From positions 1 through 54,619 of IMG/VR virus record IMGVR_UViG_3300042317_000583: 54,619 nt of DNA. One strand, written 5' to 3'. The notes under the pieces are model-generated. The model had not been told where the DNA came from. It did not search any database and saw nothing but the letters and a program-made list of their open reading frames with translations. Made by a program: the position numbers and the translations under genes. Numbering within the stretch: position 1 is the stretch's first letter; each line of letters starts with the position of its first letter. The DNA is from a virus (taxonomy: Duplodnaviria; Caudoviricetes). Shown piece after piece: positions 36,294 to 46,490 of the stretch.

Positions 36294-36740
36294 TTACGCG
36301 GACTCTGCTATTCGGACCTCGTAGGTCTGACCTACGCTGTAGATCGGCATAGCCTTCCCGTCGATAGGGACGACTAGGTCGTCTTGCTCTGCTTTTTGCA
36401 GCACATAAAGCACTGTATTCCCCCAGCCCGATGCCGTCGCTCTGTGCAAGACGTTGCTTACAACGGCGGCGACCCGCCTTGCCTCCCCGTACGTCTCCGC
36501 GTACAGGTCAACTTGAATCTGAATCGCCGGAGCCTCCGCCCCGTCAAGCGTCAAGGTCACGGTGTCTCGCGTCGTGCTGATTCTCTTGTAGACGGCAAAG
36601 GAGAGGACGCCGCCTGCGTCCGACCGCGTCGCCCCCTGCGGTGCGATAATCGGATACACCCGGAAGCCGAGAAGGTCCGCGGATGCCGGGTCGCTCGTCA
36701 GCTTCCAGTGGATGTATCGCTCCGGGGCATCTTGCATCAT
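36294..36740 (-). CDS. Tail terminator/completion protein (DUF3168-like)
   Basis: RVYP..APQG, VY.RIS, IQVDLYA.TY.EA. Confidence 0.75.
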   Translation of the reverse strand: MMQDAPERYIHWKLTSDPASADLLGFRVYPIIAPQGATRSDAGGVLSFAVYKRISTTRDTVTLTLDGAEAPAIQIQVDLYAETYGEARRVAAVVSNVLHRATASGWGNTVLYVLQKAEQDDLVVPIDGKAMPIYSVGQTYEVRIAESA

Positions 36741-37312
36741 CCGCCTCCGCTTCTTGATGCTTCGTCAACGGCCTGCGACAGAGCGTTTTGCATTTCCGAC
36801 AGGAGGATTCCGAGACACGCCGACGACGTGGCCTCGTACGCCCTGCGGAGCGGGTGCTGGGCTCTTGTGCCGCGTACATACCTTGCGACCATAGGCCACC
36901 GTCCCCGCCACCCCGGCGGACGCCAGCCCGATATGCCTTGGCTAGAGAGGAACGGTCCGCTAGTCGGCCTTCTATCCGCCGCCCCGAACTCAATCAGATG
37001 AGAGTGATACCCCTTGTTGTCCGACGTGTCTTCGGAAACGGCCCGCTTGTAGCCCACAACGCCAAACGCCACGCCGGACGGGTAGAACACAACCTTGCTA
37101 TCAACGGCGGCCCTAAGATTCCCCGTTGGGCCGATTGGCGTGTTCGCCATCAGCAGGGCTCGCATCGGCCGGACAGCCTTCTCCATTGCGGCGGACAGGT
37201 GCTTGTCAGCAACTCGCTGCGGCAGCGAGGCGATAGCGGCCTGTATCTGCTCCGCTCCCTCAAACCGAATGGAGTTCGACTTGTTTCCCTGAAAGCCGGC
37301 GGATGACCTCAT
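36737..37312 (-). CDS. HK97 gp10-like neck protein
   Basis: P..TGNLR, HLIEFG, A.HPLRRA. Confidence 0.8.
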   Translation of the reverse strand: MRSSAGFQGNKSNSIRFEGAEQIQAAIASLPQRVADKHLSAAMEKAVRPMRALLMANTPIGPTGNLRAAVDSKVVFYPSGVAFGVVGYKRAVSEDTSDNKGYHSHLIEFGAADRRPTSGPFLSSQGISGWRPPGWRGRWPMVARYVRGTRAQHPLRRAYEATSSACLGILLSEMQNALSQAVDEASRSGGG

Positions 37313-37650
37313 TAGTCCGTCTCCTCCGTGCAGAGAATTTCCTGCTCCTCAAGCCTGATCCCGCGGAGCAGGATGCTTTGGATGTTAAGGACGCCGCCCT
37401 GCCACCGGAAACGGTGCTTCGTCGTCAACTCCGAGATTGTTCTAATGCGGACACGGTAGGTCACAGCCGTCTGCGTACGGTCTGACTGCACCGCTTCCCG
37501 TGCGCTAAAAGCCTCCACGCCGGCCCACACCGTCCACACGGGAACCCAGTTGTCGGTCGTCTGGACGGACTCGCCGAAAGCATTGAGGATTTGCTCCTTC
37601 AGTGCCTCGACCGTAACCCGCCTCCTGATTGACCCGGCGGTCATTGTCAT
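37312..37650 (-). CDS. Head closure protein (SPP1 gp16-like)
   Basis: AG.IRRRV, VWA.VE..S.RE, LNIQSI. Confidence 0.85.
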   Translation of the reverse strand: MTMTAGSIRRRVTVEALKEQILNAFGESVQTTDNWVPVWTVWAGVEAFSAREAVQSDRTQTAVTYRVRIRTISELTTKHRFRWQGGVLNIQSILLRGIRLEEQEILCTEETD

Positions 37651-37653
37651 CCG

Positions 37654-38073
37654 CTAGCTCCCGAGTGCGATCAGCTTGTACGTTGTGCCGGCGGTTCCGG
37701 TCAGGGTGATGACGCCCGGAGCCCAGCCGACGACATCGTTTGTTGCCAGCATGACCTGACCCCGCGGCACTGTGCCAGAGACGGGTCCGCCGGCAACGAC
37801 GACGTTCGCGGTGCCCGCAACCGATGGGTCGGACGTGTTCTCAACGTAAAAAAACTTGAGCTTTGTCATCCCGGACGCCGCCAAGTCCACGGTTTTGGCA
37901 GTCGATGACACGGTGCCCGCGTCCCCCGCGGCCTTCGTAATCTGAAACGCCGCCGAGCCGTCAGTCAGGTACCGCTCAAACGACGCGGGGTACGTTGCGG
38001 TAGACGAGAACACTCCGCTGCTCCTTACCTGAGCCGTCACGGCAATAGAGACGCGAGCCGATGTTTCGCTCAT
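37654..38073 (-). CDS. Hypothetical structural protein inserted between connector and head closure
   Basis: ATGA overlap; beta-rich composition. Confidence 0.6.
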   Translation of the reverse strand: MSETSARVSIAVTAQVRSSGVFSSTATYPASFERYLTDGSAAFQITKAAGDAGTVSSTAKTVDLAASGMTKLKFFYVENTSDPSVAGTANVVVAGGPVSGTVPRGQVMLATNDVVGWAPGVITLTGTAGTTYKLIALGS

Positions 38074-38750
38074 GCGTAGGAGCCCCATGCAAAGGTAGAT
38101 AAAAGCTCGTCCACGCCATACGGGACGGTGTTCTGGCTGCTCGGTGTGACAGCCTCTCGCTGCAGGAACCAGTGAGCCGCAAGCATCAGGATTGCGTGCC
38201 GGATGCCACGGGGCACAGACTGCCCGGAGTCCCCGTAGCCAGCCCACCACCGCACCGTAACGGCTGCTCTCACCGGGCCAGTCACCGGCCAGTAGCCATT
38301 CACGTTTGGGGTCAGGACGCACGGCGTGCTATCCCTCGCCGCGATAAACGTCCCCGGGGAGGACGTAATCACCGGCTGGGTTTCCGCCATGGTCAGTACG
38401 TTCAGTTCTGAGTTCAGGTACTCAACCTCAATGGCCTGCCGGCCGGTAGTCGGGGAGAACGGCGGCAGCGGCAGCGGAAACTCAATAGCCGCCGGAAAAG
38501 TGTCCACTTTCAGCTCAAGTCGCGTGTCCACGAAGCACCTGTCCGTGCGAAGCTCGCAGTATTGCCTCGCTGCCGAAAGCAACCCCTGAAGAAGCTCGTC
38601 CTCGTCGTCGTACTCAACGCGGCAGTGCGACTTCAGTTCCGCGAGCGAAACCGGCTCCACGACCGGCAGCACGATCTTCCGCAGCGACCGGTACCGCCTG
38701 CCGGTGTCGCCGAGGTACAGGTTTGTAAAGACCAGATTGTTGTGCGGCAC
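38070..38750 (-). CDS. Head-tail connector (gp6/gp15-like)
   Basis: EPVSLAELKSHCRV..DDED, AGYG, AILMLAAHWF..RE. Confidence 0.88.
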   Translation of the reverse strand: MPHNNLVFTNLYLGDTGRRYRSLRKIVLPVVEPVSLAELKSHCRVEYDDEDELLQGLLSAARQYCELRTDRCFVDTRLELKVDTFPAAIEFPLPLPPFSPTTGRQAIEVEYLNSELNVLTMAETQPVITSSPGTFIAARDSTPCVLTPNVNGYWPVTGPVRAAVTVRWWAGYGDSGQSVPRGIRHAILMLAAHWFLQREAVTPSSQNTVPYGVDELLSTFAWGSYA

Positions 38751-38771
38751 GGCTAGCTCCAGATATGCACA

Positions 38772-38803
38772 CGGGGCGAGCGGTTTTTCGGCCGCCCGCC
38801 CCG
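38772..38803 (-). terminator. Hairpin after the capsid gene
   Basis: CGGGGCGGGCGG/CCGCTCGCCCCG stem; no clear U-tract. Confidence 0.4.
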
Positions 38804-38831
38804 CGCGAGGTCATTTATCGCAGCCGCCGGA

Positions 38832-40268
38832 TCAGGTGCCGGCCTTGGTCTTCATGGCGACGTAGGCACCGGCCTCGGTGTTGCTGCCGACGCCGTGCAC
38901 CTGAATGTCCAGACGGGTCGTGGCGACCATGAGGGTCTGGTCGAGCTCGGCGTACCGCTCGGTGCTGGTGCGGATGTTGACGGCCTTGCGGTCGCCGTAG
39001 ATCGCACCGAGTTCAAGGTCGCCGAACAGAATCTTGTTCTTCGCCGCGTCGGCACCCAGCACCGAGTCCATGACGTTGACCAAGACCACTGGGTAGCCCA
39101 TGAACCGCAGGCCGAGTGCGTTCTGCACGTCGTTCTGCGTGTTGCCGCCGGACAGGCCGGTGCCGCTGCCGCTGGTGAGAGCGAGCCGCTGCATCGACGC
39201 CGCGAAGCCGGCAGGCGAGATGAACCACTTGGCGTTAGCCCGGGCGTAGAGCGGGAGTGCCGCCATCGCTGCCGTGAAGTCGCCGATGGAGAACGTCTCA
39301 AAGGACGTTGCCGTGGCGGACTGCACGATGCCCTTAGCACCCGACACCGCGGCGAGTGCGGGGATCACGCCGGTGATGCCGCCGTAGCCGGCAGCACCCG
39401 TCCCGTTGAATCCGCAGTCGTCGATGGTCTTGGCGAAGGCACGCCCGATCTCGACCGTGATGTACGAGGCGAGGTCGATGATGGAGTCGGCGAGGATTTC
39501 CGACGACATCCGGTTGCTCACCGCGAGCTTCTTTGCGACGAGGTTGACCCGGTCCCACGCTGCGTCCGAGTCCGCGATGGTCGCGTTCTCATTGACCCAG
39601 TAGGTCGTGAGGCCGCCGGCCCGACGCGGGATCGCGAGCGTTTCGTTGGTCATCGTCACGGTGCGGACGTTCGGGACGAACTGACCGAACTCGTTGACGA
39701 GGACGATCACCTGATCCAGAAGCTCGTCGGGAATCAGTGCGCCGCCGAGCGTGGCCGAGCCTTCGCTCTGGGCACGGGTCTGGACGCCATGATCCTTGCA
39801 CCACCGGCGGCTCTCGGCATCGCCGAAGATGTAGCCCCGGTACCACTGGCCTGCGCGGTAGGCCCGCTCCTCGGCGTTGGGGCCGTTGAAGCCCTTGATG
39901 CTCGCGACACGGGGCATGGCTGGGACGCTCATCCGCTTCTCCTGAGTGGGGGCTTCGTCGTTCTTCACGACCGGGGCAGGGGTGGTGGACGGGGCGGTGC
40001 GATTCAGCACGGCACGAAGCTCTCGCTCCTTGACCGCGATCTTGCGGAGCCGGTCGATCTGGCCCTTGAGCGACTCGGCCCGCTTGCACAGGTCGTCCAG
40101 CTTGGCGGAGTTCTCCTCCGTCATCGGCTCCTCGGACGCTTCCGACTCGTCGGTCAGCACGCCCATCTCAGCCAGCACAGACGCCAGCGTGTCGAGAAGC
40201 ATCTTGACCTGCTTGCCGTCAGCGACAACCTCGGCAGCGGGATCAACGGGGAGCGATTCTTCGGCCAC
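38832..40268 (-). CDS. HK97-fold major capsid protein
   Basis: GGALIP, WVNE, S.EILADS.IDL, GYPV, FGDL, R.D; GTG start with GGAGG. Confidence 0.92.
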   Translation of the reverse strand: MAEESLPVDPAAEVVADGKQVKMLLDTLASVLAEMGVLTDESEASEEPMTEENSAKLDDLCKRAESLKGQIDRLRKIAVKERELRAVLNRTAPSTTPAPVVKNDEAPTQEKRMSVPAMPRVASIKGFNGPNAEERAYRAGQWYRGYIFGDAESRRWCKDHGVQTRAQSEGSATLGGALIPDELLDQVIVLVNEFGQFVPNVRTVTMTNETLAIPRRAGGLTTYWVNENATIADSDAAWDRVNLVAKKLAVSNRMSSEILADSIIDLASYITVEIGRAFAKTIDDCGFNGTGAAGYGGITGVIPALAAVSGAKGIVQSATATSFETFSIGDFTAAMAALPLYARANAKWFISPAGFAASMQRLALTSGSGTGLSGGNTQNDVQNALGLRFMGYPVVLVNVMDSVLGADAAKNKILFGDLELGAIYGDRKAVNIRTSTERYAELDQTLMVATTRLDIQVHGVGSNTEAGAYVAMKTKAGT

Positions 40269-40359
40269 GGGGGAGCCTCCTGCAGATGACTTGTGGGCGG
40301 AGGGCTCTTTGCCCTCCTGTCTCTCACAGGCTACGCGGGCAGGAGGTGACTGTCGTTCC

Positions 40360-40545
40360 TCATCCGTTGTAATTACAACGACGGCGAACCTGATCCGCTC
40401 GGACGACGCACCGGCACCCGGAGCCGCACCGCGGGCACTGCAGGTACCGTAGCTGAAACTCTCCCAGCGACTTGCTGGTGCGGATTCGCATATGCCCGTT
40501 CCCGCAGTCGCAGCGGTCCCCGGGTTTCTTCTTATCGCTTGCCAT
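40360..40545 (-). CDS. Small Ogr/Delta-like zinc-finger protein
   Basis: CDCG...RIRTS......RYLQCPRC. Confidence 0.55.
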   Translation of the reverse strand: MASDKKKPGDRCDCGNGHMRIRTSKSLGEFQLRYLQCPRCGSGCRCVVRADQVRRRCNYNG

Positions 40546-41221
40546 TCTTGTGCAGCCACTCCTCATGCAGCGAGATGACCGAGCGATAGCCTTGCACGGC
40601 TTTCCTTCTCTCCGCGGCGGCAAGCGACCGCAGGTCGTATGACCTACGAGCCACGGTAACGCTTGAATCCGGGTACGCCGGGTACGTGACTGGGCCCACG
40701 TCGAGCAGGTCCGAGACGCGGGTGATCGTCCTGATGTGCCGGCCCCGCTCGTCCACCGTCCAAGACTCGCCGTCTCTTGCCACGATAAACGCGAATGACG
40801 ACCCGCGAACGTCGCCTCGGCGGATGCTTTCAACGATTCCGGCGTGCGCGGCCGGCGGCTTAACCTCGTACCGGAGCCCCACCTCGTCCACCGTCATTCG
40901 GAGCGTGTCCGGGAGGCGACCAAGGACGTAGTTGGGGTCGTGGTTAAACAGGGCTCGCGTATCCAGCGGGTTCTTCCGGCCGCGCCGCTCCGTCACAAGC
41001 CCGAAGGCCTCCGGTGCAATTCGCTCGGTAAACTCTCCGAGGTCAAGGCTGTCCGTGTCGAAGCGTGCCGCGTATCCGACGATCCACTCCTCCGGTTCCC
41101 CGTCAGAGCCGTCCTCGTTCTTGGCGGAACGGGTTTCCACGGTCAGCAGGGGCACAGCGGCTTCCTGCTCAATGGTCACGAAACGCCGCTCCAGCATGGG
41201 GTCGTCACTAATCTTTGGCAC
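40532..41221 (-). CDS. HK97-family prohead protease
   Basis: GYAARF, FTERIAP.AF, LFNHD, GSSFAF, VTYPAY. Confidence 0.92.
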   Translation of the reverse strand: MPKISDDPMLERRFVTIEQEAAVPLLTVETRSAKNEDGSDGEPEEWIVGYAARFDTDSLDLGEFTERIAPEAFGLVTERRGRKNPLDTRALFNHDPNYVLGRLPDTLRMTVDEVGLRYEVKPPAAHAGIVESIRRGDVRGSSFAFIVARDGESWTVDERGRHIRTITRVSDLLDVGPVTYPAYPDSSVTVARRSYDLRSLAAAERRKAVQGYRSVISLHEEWLHKNGKR

Positions 41222-42719
41222 GCCTACTCCTCCTTTTTCTTGGTTCCTGCGGTGCTAATGCTTCCGGTTGCGGAGCGGGCTCCGCCTCGGCGGTCGGCTG
41301 AATTGCTTCCGGCAACGAGGGAGCCGGGGTCGGCACCCCGGCGACGATGGTCGCCACCTGCTCGGGAGTCAGGCTGGGAAACGCCGCGGAGATCACAGTG
41401 GACGCTGCGTCCGGGGCAAGCAGCCCGCTGGCGACGGCACTCAGCACTTGCAGGATTGGTGCCACTTGCGTGTCCGGCTGCTGCTCTGCGGGCGGCTCCG
41501 CGGCAGCGACTTCCTCTTGCTTGTCGCTTGCCATTGCCTCAACGGTCGTCATGTTTAGCGGGAAGTAATGCGAGTCCCCGCCTTCGATGGGGTTCAGGTT
41601 TTCCCTGCTCCGCACCTCGTTGATCGACATAATCCCGCGGTCAATCATCGCCGTGAAGTACGCCGACCGGGCGGCTGCGTCCCCCCGCATGAGGTGCGAC
41701 ACGTCAAAATCGGCGAAGTAAAGCTCCGGCTGCGCAATCAAGTCCCGGGTGAACGCCTTCTCAAACCGGCGGAGCCACGGCAGGATCGAATACTGCACGA
41801 AATCAATGCTCTGCTGCTCAATGTTGCTGAACGTCGAGCGGGACAGGTCTTGAATCATGTGAGGCGGGCACCTGTAGAGCCTGCAGATTTCTTCGACCTG
41901 AAATCGCCTAGCCTCAAGGAATTGGGACTCCGTATTGCTCGTCCCGAGTTCGTGGGCCTTGAGCCCACCCGTCAGCACGGCTGTCTTGGATGACTTGTCC
42001 GGGCCGCGGTGCAGCCGCTCCCAGTTCTCCCGCAGTCGCTCCGCAGCCTCCACCGCCATGCTGGAGTCCGTCTCCAGCACGACCCCGGGGCGGGCTCCAT
42101 TCCCGAAATACCTTGCTCCGTGCAGTTCGCACGCCCGGGCCAGACCAATCGCCTCTTTCCCAAGCTGCACCGGGATGCTGCCGGACACGCCATCGCTGCT
42201 CATCCAGCTAACGCGAAAAATCTGATCTTGGTTGTAGACGGTCTTGCCCCCGTCCGGCTCGGTGTAAGTAAACCGCAGCCGTCCGTTTTCAATCTTCTCC
42301 ACCTTCATCCTCGACGGGTGAAGCGGGAGAAGTTCCTTGGTAACACCGGCCGCCCCCTCGACGATTTCCGAGTAGCACGCCCCGTACAGACCCAAATGGA
42401 TCATGCACGTCTCCAGCCACTCAAAGCTCGTCTGCCATGCGTTCGGGGCGGACGACAGGAGCGTGTCGAGCCAGCCCGGAGATCGCTCGCGGCCGCCGTT
42501 GGGGAGCCGGCGATAGACGTGCAGCGGCAGGCTGGCGACGGTTTCGGCTAGAACCCTGACACACGCCAGCACGGCCGTTGACTGCAGTGCGTTTTCGCTG
42601 GTGATTCGGACGCCGGACGACGCACCCCGAGCAAAACCGTAGTCGTCGTCCAGCAGGGAGCCGAAGAACCGGAGCTCCGGCGACACGTCGTAGACTCTGC
42701 TTTCGGTTTCCATGCTCAT
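41208..42719 (-). CDS. HK97-family portal protein
   Basis: AVLACV..LAE.VASLP, FGNGARP, QFLEAR, FSNIEQQ, NEVR..ENL.P. Confidence 0.94.
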   Translation of the reverse strand: MSMETESRVYDVSPELRFFGSLLDDDYGFARGASSGVRITSENALQSTAVLACVRVLAETVASLPLHVYRRLPNGGRERSPGWLDTLLSSAPNAWQTSFEWLETCMIHLGLYGACYSEIVEGAAGVTKELLPLHPSRMKVEKIENGRLRFTYTEPDGGKTVYNQDQIFRVSWMSSDGVSGSIPVQLGKEAIGLARACELHGARYFGNGARPGVVLETDSSMAVEAAERLRENWERLHRGPDKSSKTAVLTGGLKAHELGTSNTESQFLEARRFQVEEICRLYRCPPHMIQDLSRSTFSNIEQQSIDFVQYSILPWLRRFEKAFTRDLIAQPELYFADFDVSHLMRGDAAARSAYFTAMIDRGIMSINEVRSRENLNPIEGGDSHYFPLNMTTVEAMASDKQEEVAAAEPPAEQQPDTQVAPILQVLSAVASGLLAPDAASTVISAAFPSLTPEQVATIVAGVPTPAPSLPEAIQPTAEAEPAPQPEALAPQEPRKRRSRRAKD

Positions 42720-44317
42720 AGCAGGATGATTTGCGGTTCTGGTTCTGCCGGTTTCTGCTGCTCTGCGCTCCACACGCCGAGGGCTTGGACGAGTGCAATG
42801 ATGCCGTCTACTCTCTCGCTACCGTTCTGCCTCGGCTTCAGCGGCCGAATCATTCCCTCCGCGTTCTGCCGCACACTCGCGTTGTTCGCCTGCCAGTTGA
42901 GGACCGGGTTGCCGTTGTGCCGCAGCCGTCCGTTTGCCAGCATGTTCTCTAGCATCCGGCTGGGGGCGTTCATGCCGGCAAAGCCCTGCGGCCACCCGAC
43001 AACGTCCAATCCCATCCCTTGCAATTGGTTGGACAGATGCGTTGCGTTGTACCGGTCAATCGCAATGCGACGGACCTGATACTGCTGCGCGAACTGCTCA
43101 ACGTCCTTCCGAATAAAATCGTAGTCGGTCACATTGCCGCCGGTGGCGACGATGATCCCTTCACGGACATATTGTGAGTACGGGAACCTATCTCGTCGCT
43201 CTCGGTCCACCAGCATGTCGCCCGGGATGTAGAACTTCGCCAGCACGTCCACTGTCCCGTCCGCCGCCGGGAACACCGCGGCCAACGCGCTGGTGTCTTG
43301 TGACCATGCCAAGTCGAGCCCCAGCCAGCACGGCTTGCCGTCGAGCGGCTCCGGGGGCGGCTTGTTGCACGAATCCCACACCTCCATCTTGATCCATCGC
43401 GTGTCCTGTGCCGTCCACTGATTGAGTCGGTACCGGCGAAACGAGTTTTCCTTTGTGGTCGAGAGCTGCGCCTCGCGGAAGTCCGCCGCGAAGTCGTCCG
43501 GGCTTATCGTCGTCCCCCATGACGGGTTGGCCTTCGCCCACGTCTCTGGCTTTGTCCAGTCGTCGTCATCGTCTGCCCCGCCGATAAAAGCGTAAAAGGT
43601 CGGGTCCACGGTCCAGTCGGACAGCACCCGCTTGGCGTAGACGTGCTGCTCGTAGCAGATGGAGTTCCTGTCGTACCCCGCCGTTGTGATGGAAAGCAGG
43701 AGCGGCTGGGTCCGGCTTGCGCCGCCGTACCGGAGCGAGTCCCACAGCGAACGCGACCGCTGCGCGTGAAGCTCGTCAAAGAGCAGCCCGTGGATATTCA
43801 AACCTTCCGCCCGGAACGAGTCGCCAGCCAGCACCTTGTAGAACGACGCCTTCCTCAAGCACGACACCGTCCTGCGGCTCTCCACCACTTCCAGTGAGCG
43901 GGACAGGGACGGGGAGGCCCGGACCATGCTCGCCGCCTCGCGGAACACGATGGACGCCTGCTCGCGGTCTACGCCGCAGCCATACACCTCGGCCCCGGGC
44001 TCTTGGTCGGCGACAAGGAGATACAGGCCGATGCCGGCAAGGAGCGTGCTTTTTCCGTTCTTCTTTGGGGTCGTTATGTACCCCACGCGATACCGGCGTG
44101 TGTTGTCGGCGACCCGCAGCCAGCCAAAAAGCTCCTCAATGACCTCCGTCTTTTGCCACTGGAGGAGCGAGAACCTTTGGCCCGACCAGCGACCCTTGGA
44201 GTGAACGAGGTACTTTTCAATAAAGTCCACCGCATGATCTGCGTGGGTCTTTGAAAAGTAGTAATCAATTCCCTCGTCACGCGCCTCTTGTAGCGATAAA
44301 CGTCTCAAACGGGTCAT
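42716..44317 (-). CDS. terL: Terminase large subunit
   Basis: PKKNGKS, DELH, ITTAG, W.KANP, GLDL, DG..AL. Confidence 0.95.
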   Translation of the reverse strand: MTRLRRLSLQEARDEGIDYYFSKTHADHAVDFIEKYLVHSKGRWSGQRFSLLQWQKTEVIEELFGWLRVADNTRRYRVGYITTPKKNGKSTLLAGIGLYLLVADQEPGAEVYGCGVDREQASIVFREAASMVRASPSLSRSLEVVESRRTVSCLRKASFYKVLAGDSFRAEGLNIHGLLFDELHAQRSRSLWDSLRYGGASRTQPLLLSITTAGYDRNSICYEQHVYAKRVLSDWTVDPTFYAFIGGADDDDDWTKPETWAKANPSWGTTISPDDFAADFREAQLSTTKENSFRRYRLNQWTAQDTRWIKMEVWDSCNKPPPEPLDGKPCWLGLDLAWSQDTSALAAVFPAADGTVDVLAKFYIPGDMLVDRERRDRFPYSQYVREGIIVATGGNVTDYDFIRKDVEQFAQQYQVRRIAIDRYNATHLSNQLQGMGLDVVGWPQGFAGMNAPSRMLENMLANGRLRHNGNPVLNWQANNASVRQNAEGMIRPLKPRQNGSERVDGIIALVQALGVWSAEQQKPAEPEPQIILL

Positions 44318-44765
44318 CTTCGGCCCCGCGGTGAATCTGTACCTGCGACCGGCTGCTGGGCGTCAGCCCGAACTGCTGCTCTATCCTGAGCAGGCTTGCA
44401 GCCAGCTTCATCATCTGAGTGGCGAACGGGCTCACCTGCATGTACGGTGCTTCGCCCTCGGCTTTCGGCTTAAACCGCATCACGTCTCCGTACTTGTTCA
44501 CCATCTCGACGTTCCGCTTCCACAGCGCGAACTCAATGCAGTACCGATGCCACGTCCCCCTGTCGGCCTCGGTAAACACCCCCATGGCCTGCAGCTTCGG
44601 CACTGTGTCCATCCATTTGTCGAGGGCCACGCCCTCAAGGTCATCCGGCGGAGACAGGGACGCCGGCAGCGGCTTAGGCTCATTTGCACTGAACCCTTCC
44701 TTGCTCGGGTCGCCCCGGACGTACCGCACGATAGACGGCTGTTTGGCCGGGCCTCGCTGCCCCAT
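44277..44765 (-). CDS. terS: Terminase small subunit (P27 family)
   Basis: RGP..P, FGLTPSSR. Confidence 0.88.
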   Translation of the reverse strand: MGQRGPAKQPSIVRYVRGDPSKEGFSANEPKPLPASLSPPDDLEGVALDKWMDTVPKLQAMGVFTEADRGTWHRYCIEFALWKRNVEMVNKYGDVMRFKPKAEGEAPYMQVSPFATQMMKLAASLLRIEQQFGLTPSSRSQVQIHRGAEDDPFETFIATRGA

Positions 44766-44768
44766 GGA

Positions 44769-45344
44769 TTACTCCTCGTCTCTCAACGCTTCGCGGATGG
44801 CTTCGTTCCGGTCAACGTAGAACTCACCGCTGCACGACGGGCACCGGACGTGCGAGTACCTTTCCTGAGTGCTTTCGCTTCTGTCGGAGTACGCCGAGTC
44901 CATCTGATCCTTTGCCCGGTCGATCTCCTGCTGCTGCGGCGAATGAAAGTCCGACGCACCAGCCGTGTCGGCGAGCAGCCGCTTCACGTCAAGCATCGGG
45001 AAGAACTCGGCCATGTCACCGACCTCGCGGAGCTCTGCCACAAGGTCCGCCATGTGCCACTCGGCGAACTCCGCCGTTTTGTTGTCAGCGATCCGGTACT
45101 CCCGTGCCTTTGCCTCCGTCAGCGTGACCGTGACGGTCGGGACGGACTCCATGCCGAGAAGCTGCGCCGCCTTGAGCCGCGTATGCCCCGAGATCACGAC
45201 GCCGTCGTGGTCAATCAGGATAGGTGAGTTAAACCCGTAGTCCCGGATGGAGCGGGCGACGGCACCCACGGCTTCGTCATTGTTTCGCGGGTTCCGCCAG
45301 TACGGCTTGATGCTAGCCACGCTTGTCATTCGTGCTTCGATCAC
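44769..45344 (-). CDS. ParB/Srx N-terminal domain protein with a C-terminal CxxC
   Basis: PYWRNPR.N, GFNSPI, GHTRL.AA, RIADN; CPSC. Confidence 0.85.
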   Translation of the reverse strand: MIEARMTSVASIKPYWRNPRNNDEAVGAVARSIRDYGFNSPILIDHDGVVISGHTRLKAAQLLGMESVPTVTVTLTEAKAREYRIADNKTAEFAEWHMADLVAELREVGDMAEFFPMLDVKRLLADTAGASDFHSPQQQEIDRAKDQMDSAYSDRSESTQERYSHVRCPSCSGEFYVDRNEAIREALRDEE

Positions 45345-45856
45345 AGTGAGTTAGCCTCCACCTTAAACGAGTGCGAGCAGTGCGGGCAGTCAAGGCACAC
45401 CTCAAGCGGCCCAGCCGGTTCCTCCGGCTCGTCTTCGACCGTCACGCCGTCCATTGCATCGTCAAAGGACTCCGCGGTCATAAGTCCGGCGAGCTCTCCC
45501 TCCTTGAAGAACACCTGCATGACCCCGACGTTTGCCATCTCCTCAAGCTCTTTGACGAGCGATTCGTGGTTCCACGACGCGATGCTCCCCGCCGCGTTGT
45601 CCGCAATCCGGTACGCCTTGGCTTTCTGAGGAGGCAGGTCAATGACGACGACCGGCACCTCTGGCATTTCAAGCTGCCGCGCCGCCCGGAGCCGTGTGTG
45701 CCCAGCGACGACGACGAAATCGGAGTCCACCACGATGGGCGAGTTGAATCCGTACCTCTTGATCGACGCCTTCACGGCGTCAACCGCTGCGTCATTCCTT
45801 CTTGGATTCCGCCAGTACGGCTTCACCTTCTCCACCGGAACGCTGACGATCTTCAT
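45341..45856 (-). CDS. ParB/Srx N-terminal domain protein with a C-terminal CxxC
   Basis: PYWRNPRRN, GFNSPI, GHTRL, RIADN; CPHC. Confidence 0.85.
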   Translation of the reverse strand: MKIVSVPVEKVKPYWRNPRRNDAAVDAVKASIKRYGFNSPIVVDSDFVVVAGHTRLRAARQLEMPEVPVVVIDLPPQKAKAYRIADNAAGSIASWNHESLVKELEEMANVGVMQVFFKEGELAGLMTAESFDDAMDGVTVEDEPEEPAGPLEVCLDCPHCSHSFKVEANSL

Positions 45857-46490
45857 ACGCCTTCCTTATCTCCAGTTGCTTCTTGGCTTCCCACGCCCTG
45901 CGATACTCAACGTCCTCAAACAGCTTGCTGAATCCGGTGACGTGCTTCAGGCGGATGAGCTCGTCGGCCTCCAGCCCTAGCTCCGCACAGATGGCCTCGT
46001 CGCCCCACCCGTTGTCCAGCATGGAGAACACCATGCTTGCCATGCCCGACACGCTGTGCTTGCCCCGGGCACGGTTGTGCCGGACGGTGCTTGCCATCCG
46101 GTCGTTGATCGACTTGTCAATGACGACGACGGGGAGGAGCCCGCCGTTTCTCTCGCGAATGTCATCGTGCAGCCTCATCGTGGTGTACCGATGAAAGCCG
46201 TCCACGATGACGTATGAGTCTGAGTCCTCGTCGTACACAGTGACCACCGGCTGCGTGTACCCATCATGCAGGATGCTCACGTACAGCAGCCTCATTTCGT
46301 TCTTGGCAACGCTATTTGGGTTGTAGTCATTTGCCTTGACCTTCTCAATCGGAACCCAGCGAACGTAATCGACGGGTTGCGACTTCAAGCCGCTCAACTC
46401 GGCGTGAATCCACTTCCGCAGATTGTCCACGAACGCTGCCTTGTCGTCGGCTGCGTCAAACTCAGCCTTGATTGCTTGCCGCCCGCTCAC
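45792..46490 (-). CDS. IbrB-like ParB-family protein
   Basis: ANDYNPNSVA, GYTQPVV, VDGFHR, RMASTVRHNRARGKH. Confidence 0.85.
   Translation of the reverse strand: MSGRQAIKAEFDAADDKAAFVDNLRKWIHAELSGLKSQPVDYVRWVPIEKVKANDYNPNSVAKNEMRLLYVSILHDGYTQPVVTVYDEDSDSYVIVDGFHRYTTMRLHDDIRERNGGLLPVVVIDKSINDRMASTVRHNRARGKHSVSGMASMVFSMLDNGWGDEAICAELGLEADELIRLKHVTGFSKLFEDVEYRRAWEAKKQLEIRKAYEDRQRSGGEGEAVLAESKKE

Noticed and set aside
40269-40559. N-terminal extension of the capsid protein in the ORF track
   Set aside because: A GGAGG-preceded GTG at 40268 is a better start, and the extension overlaps other genes
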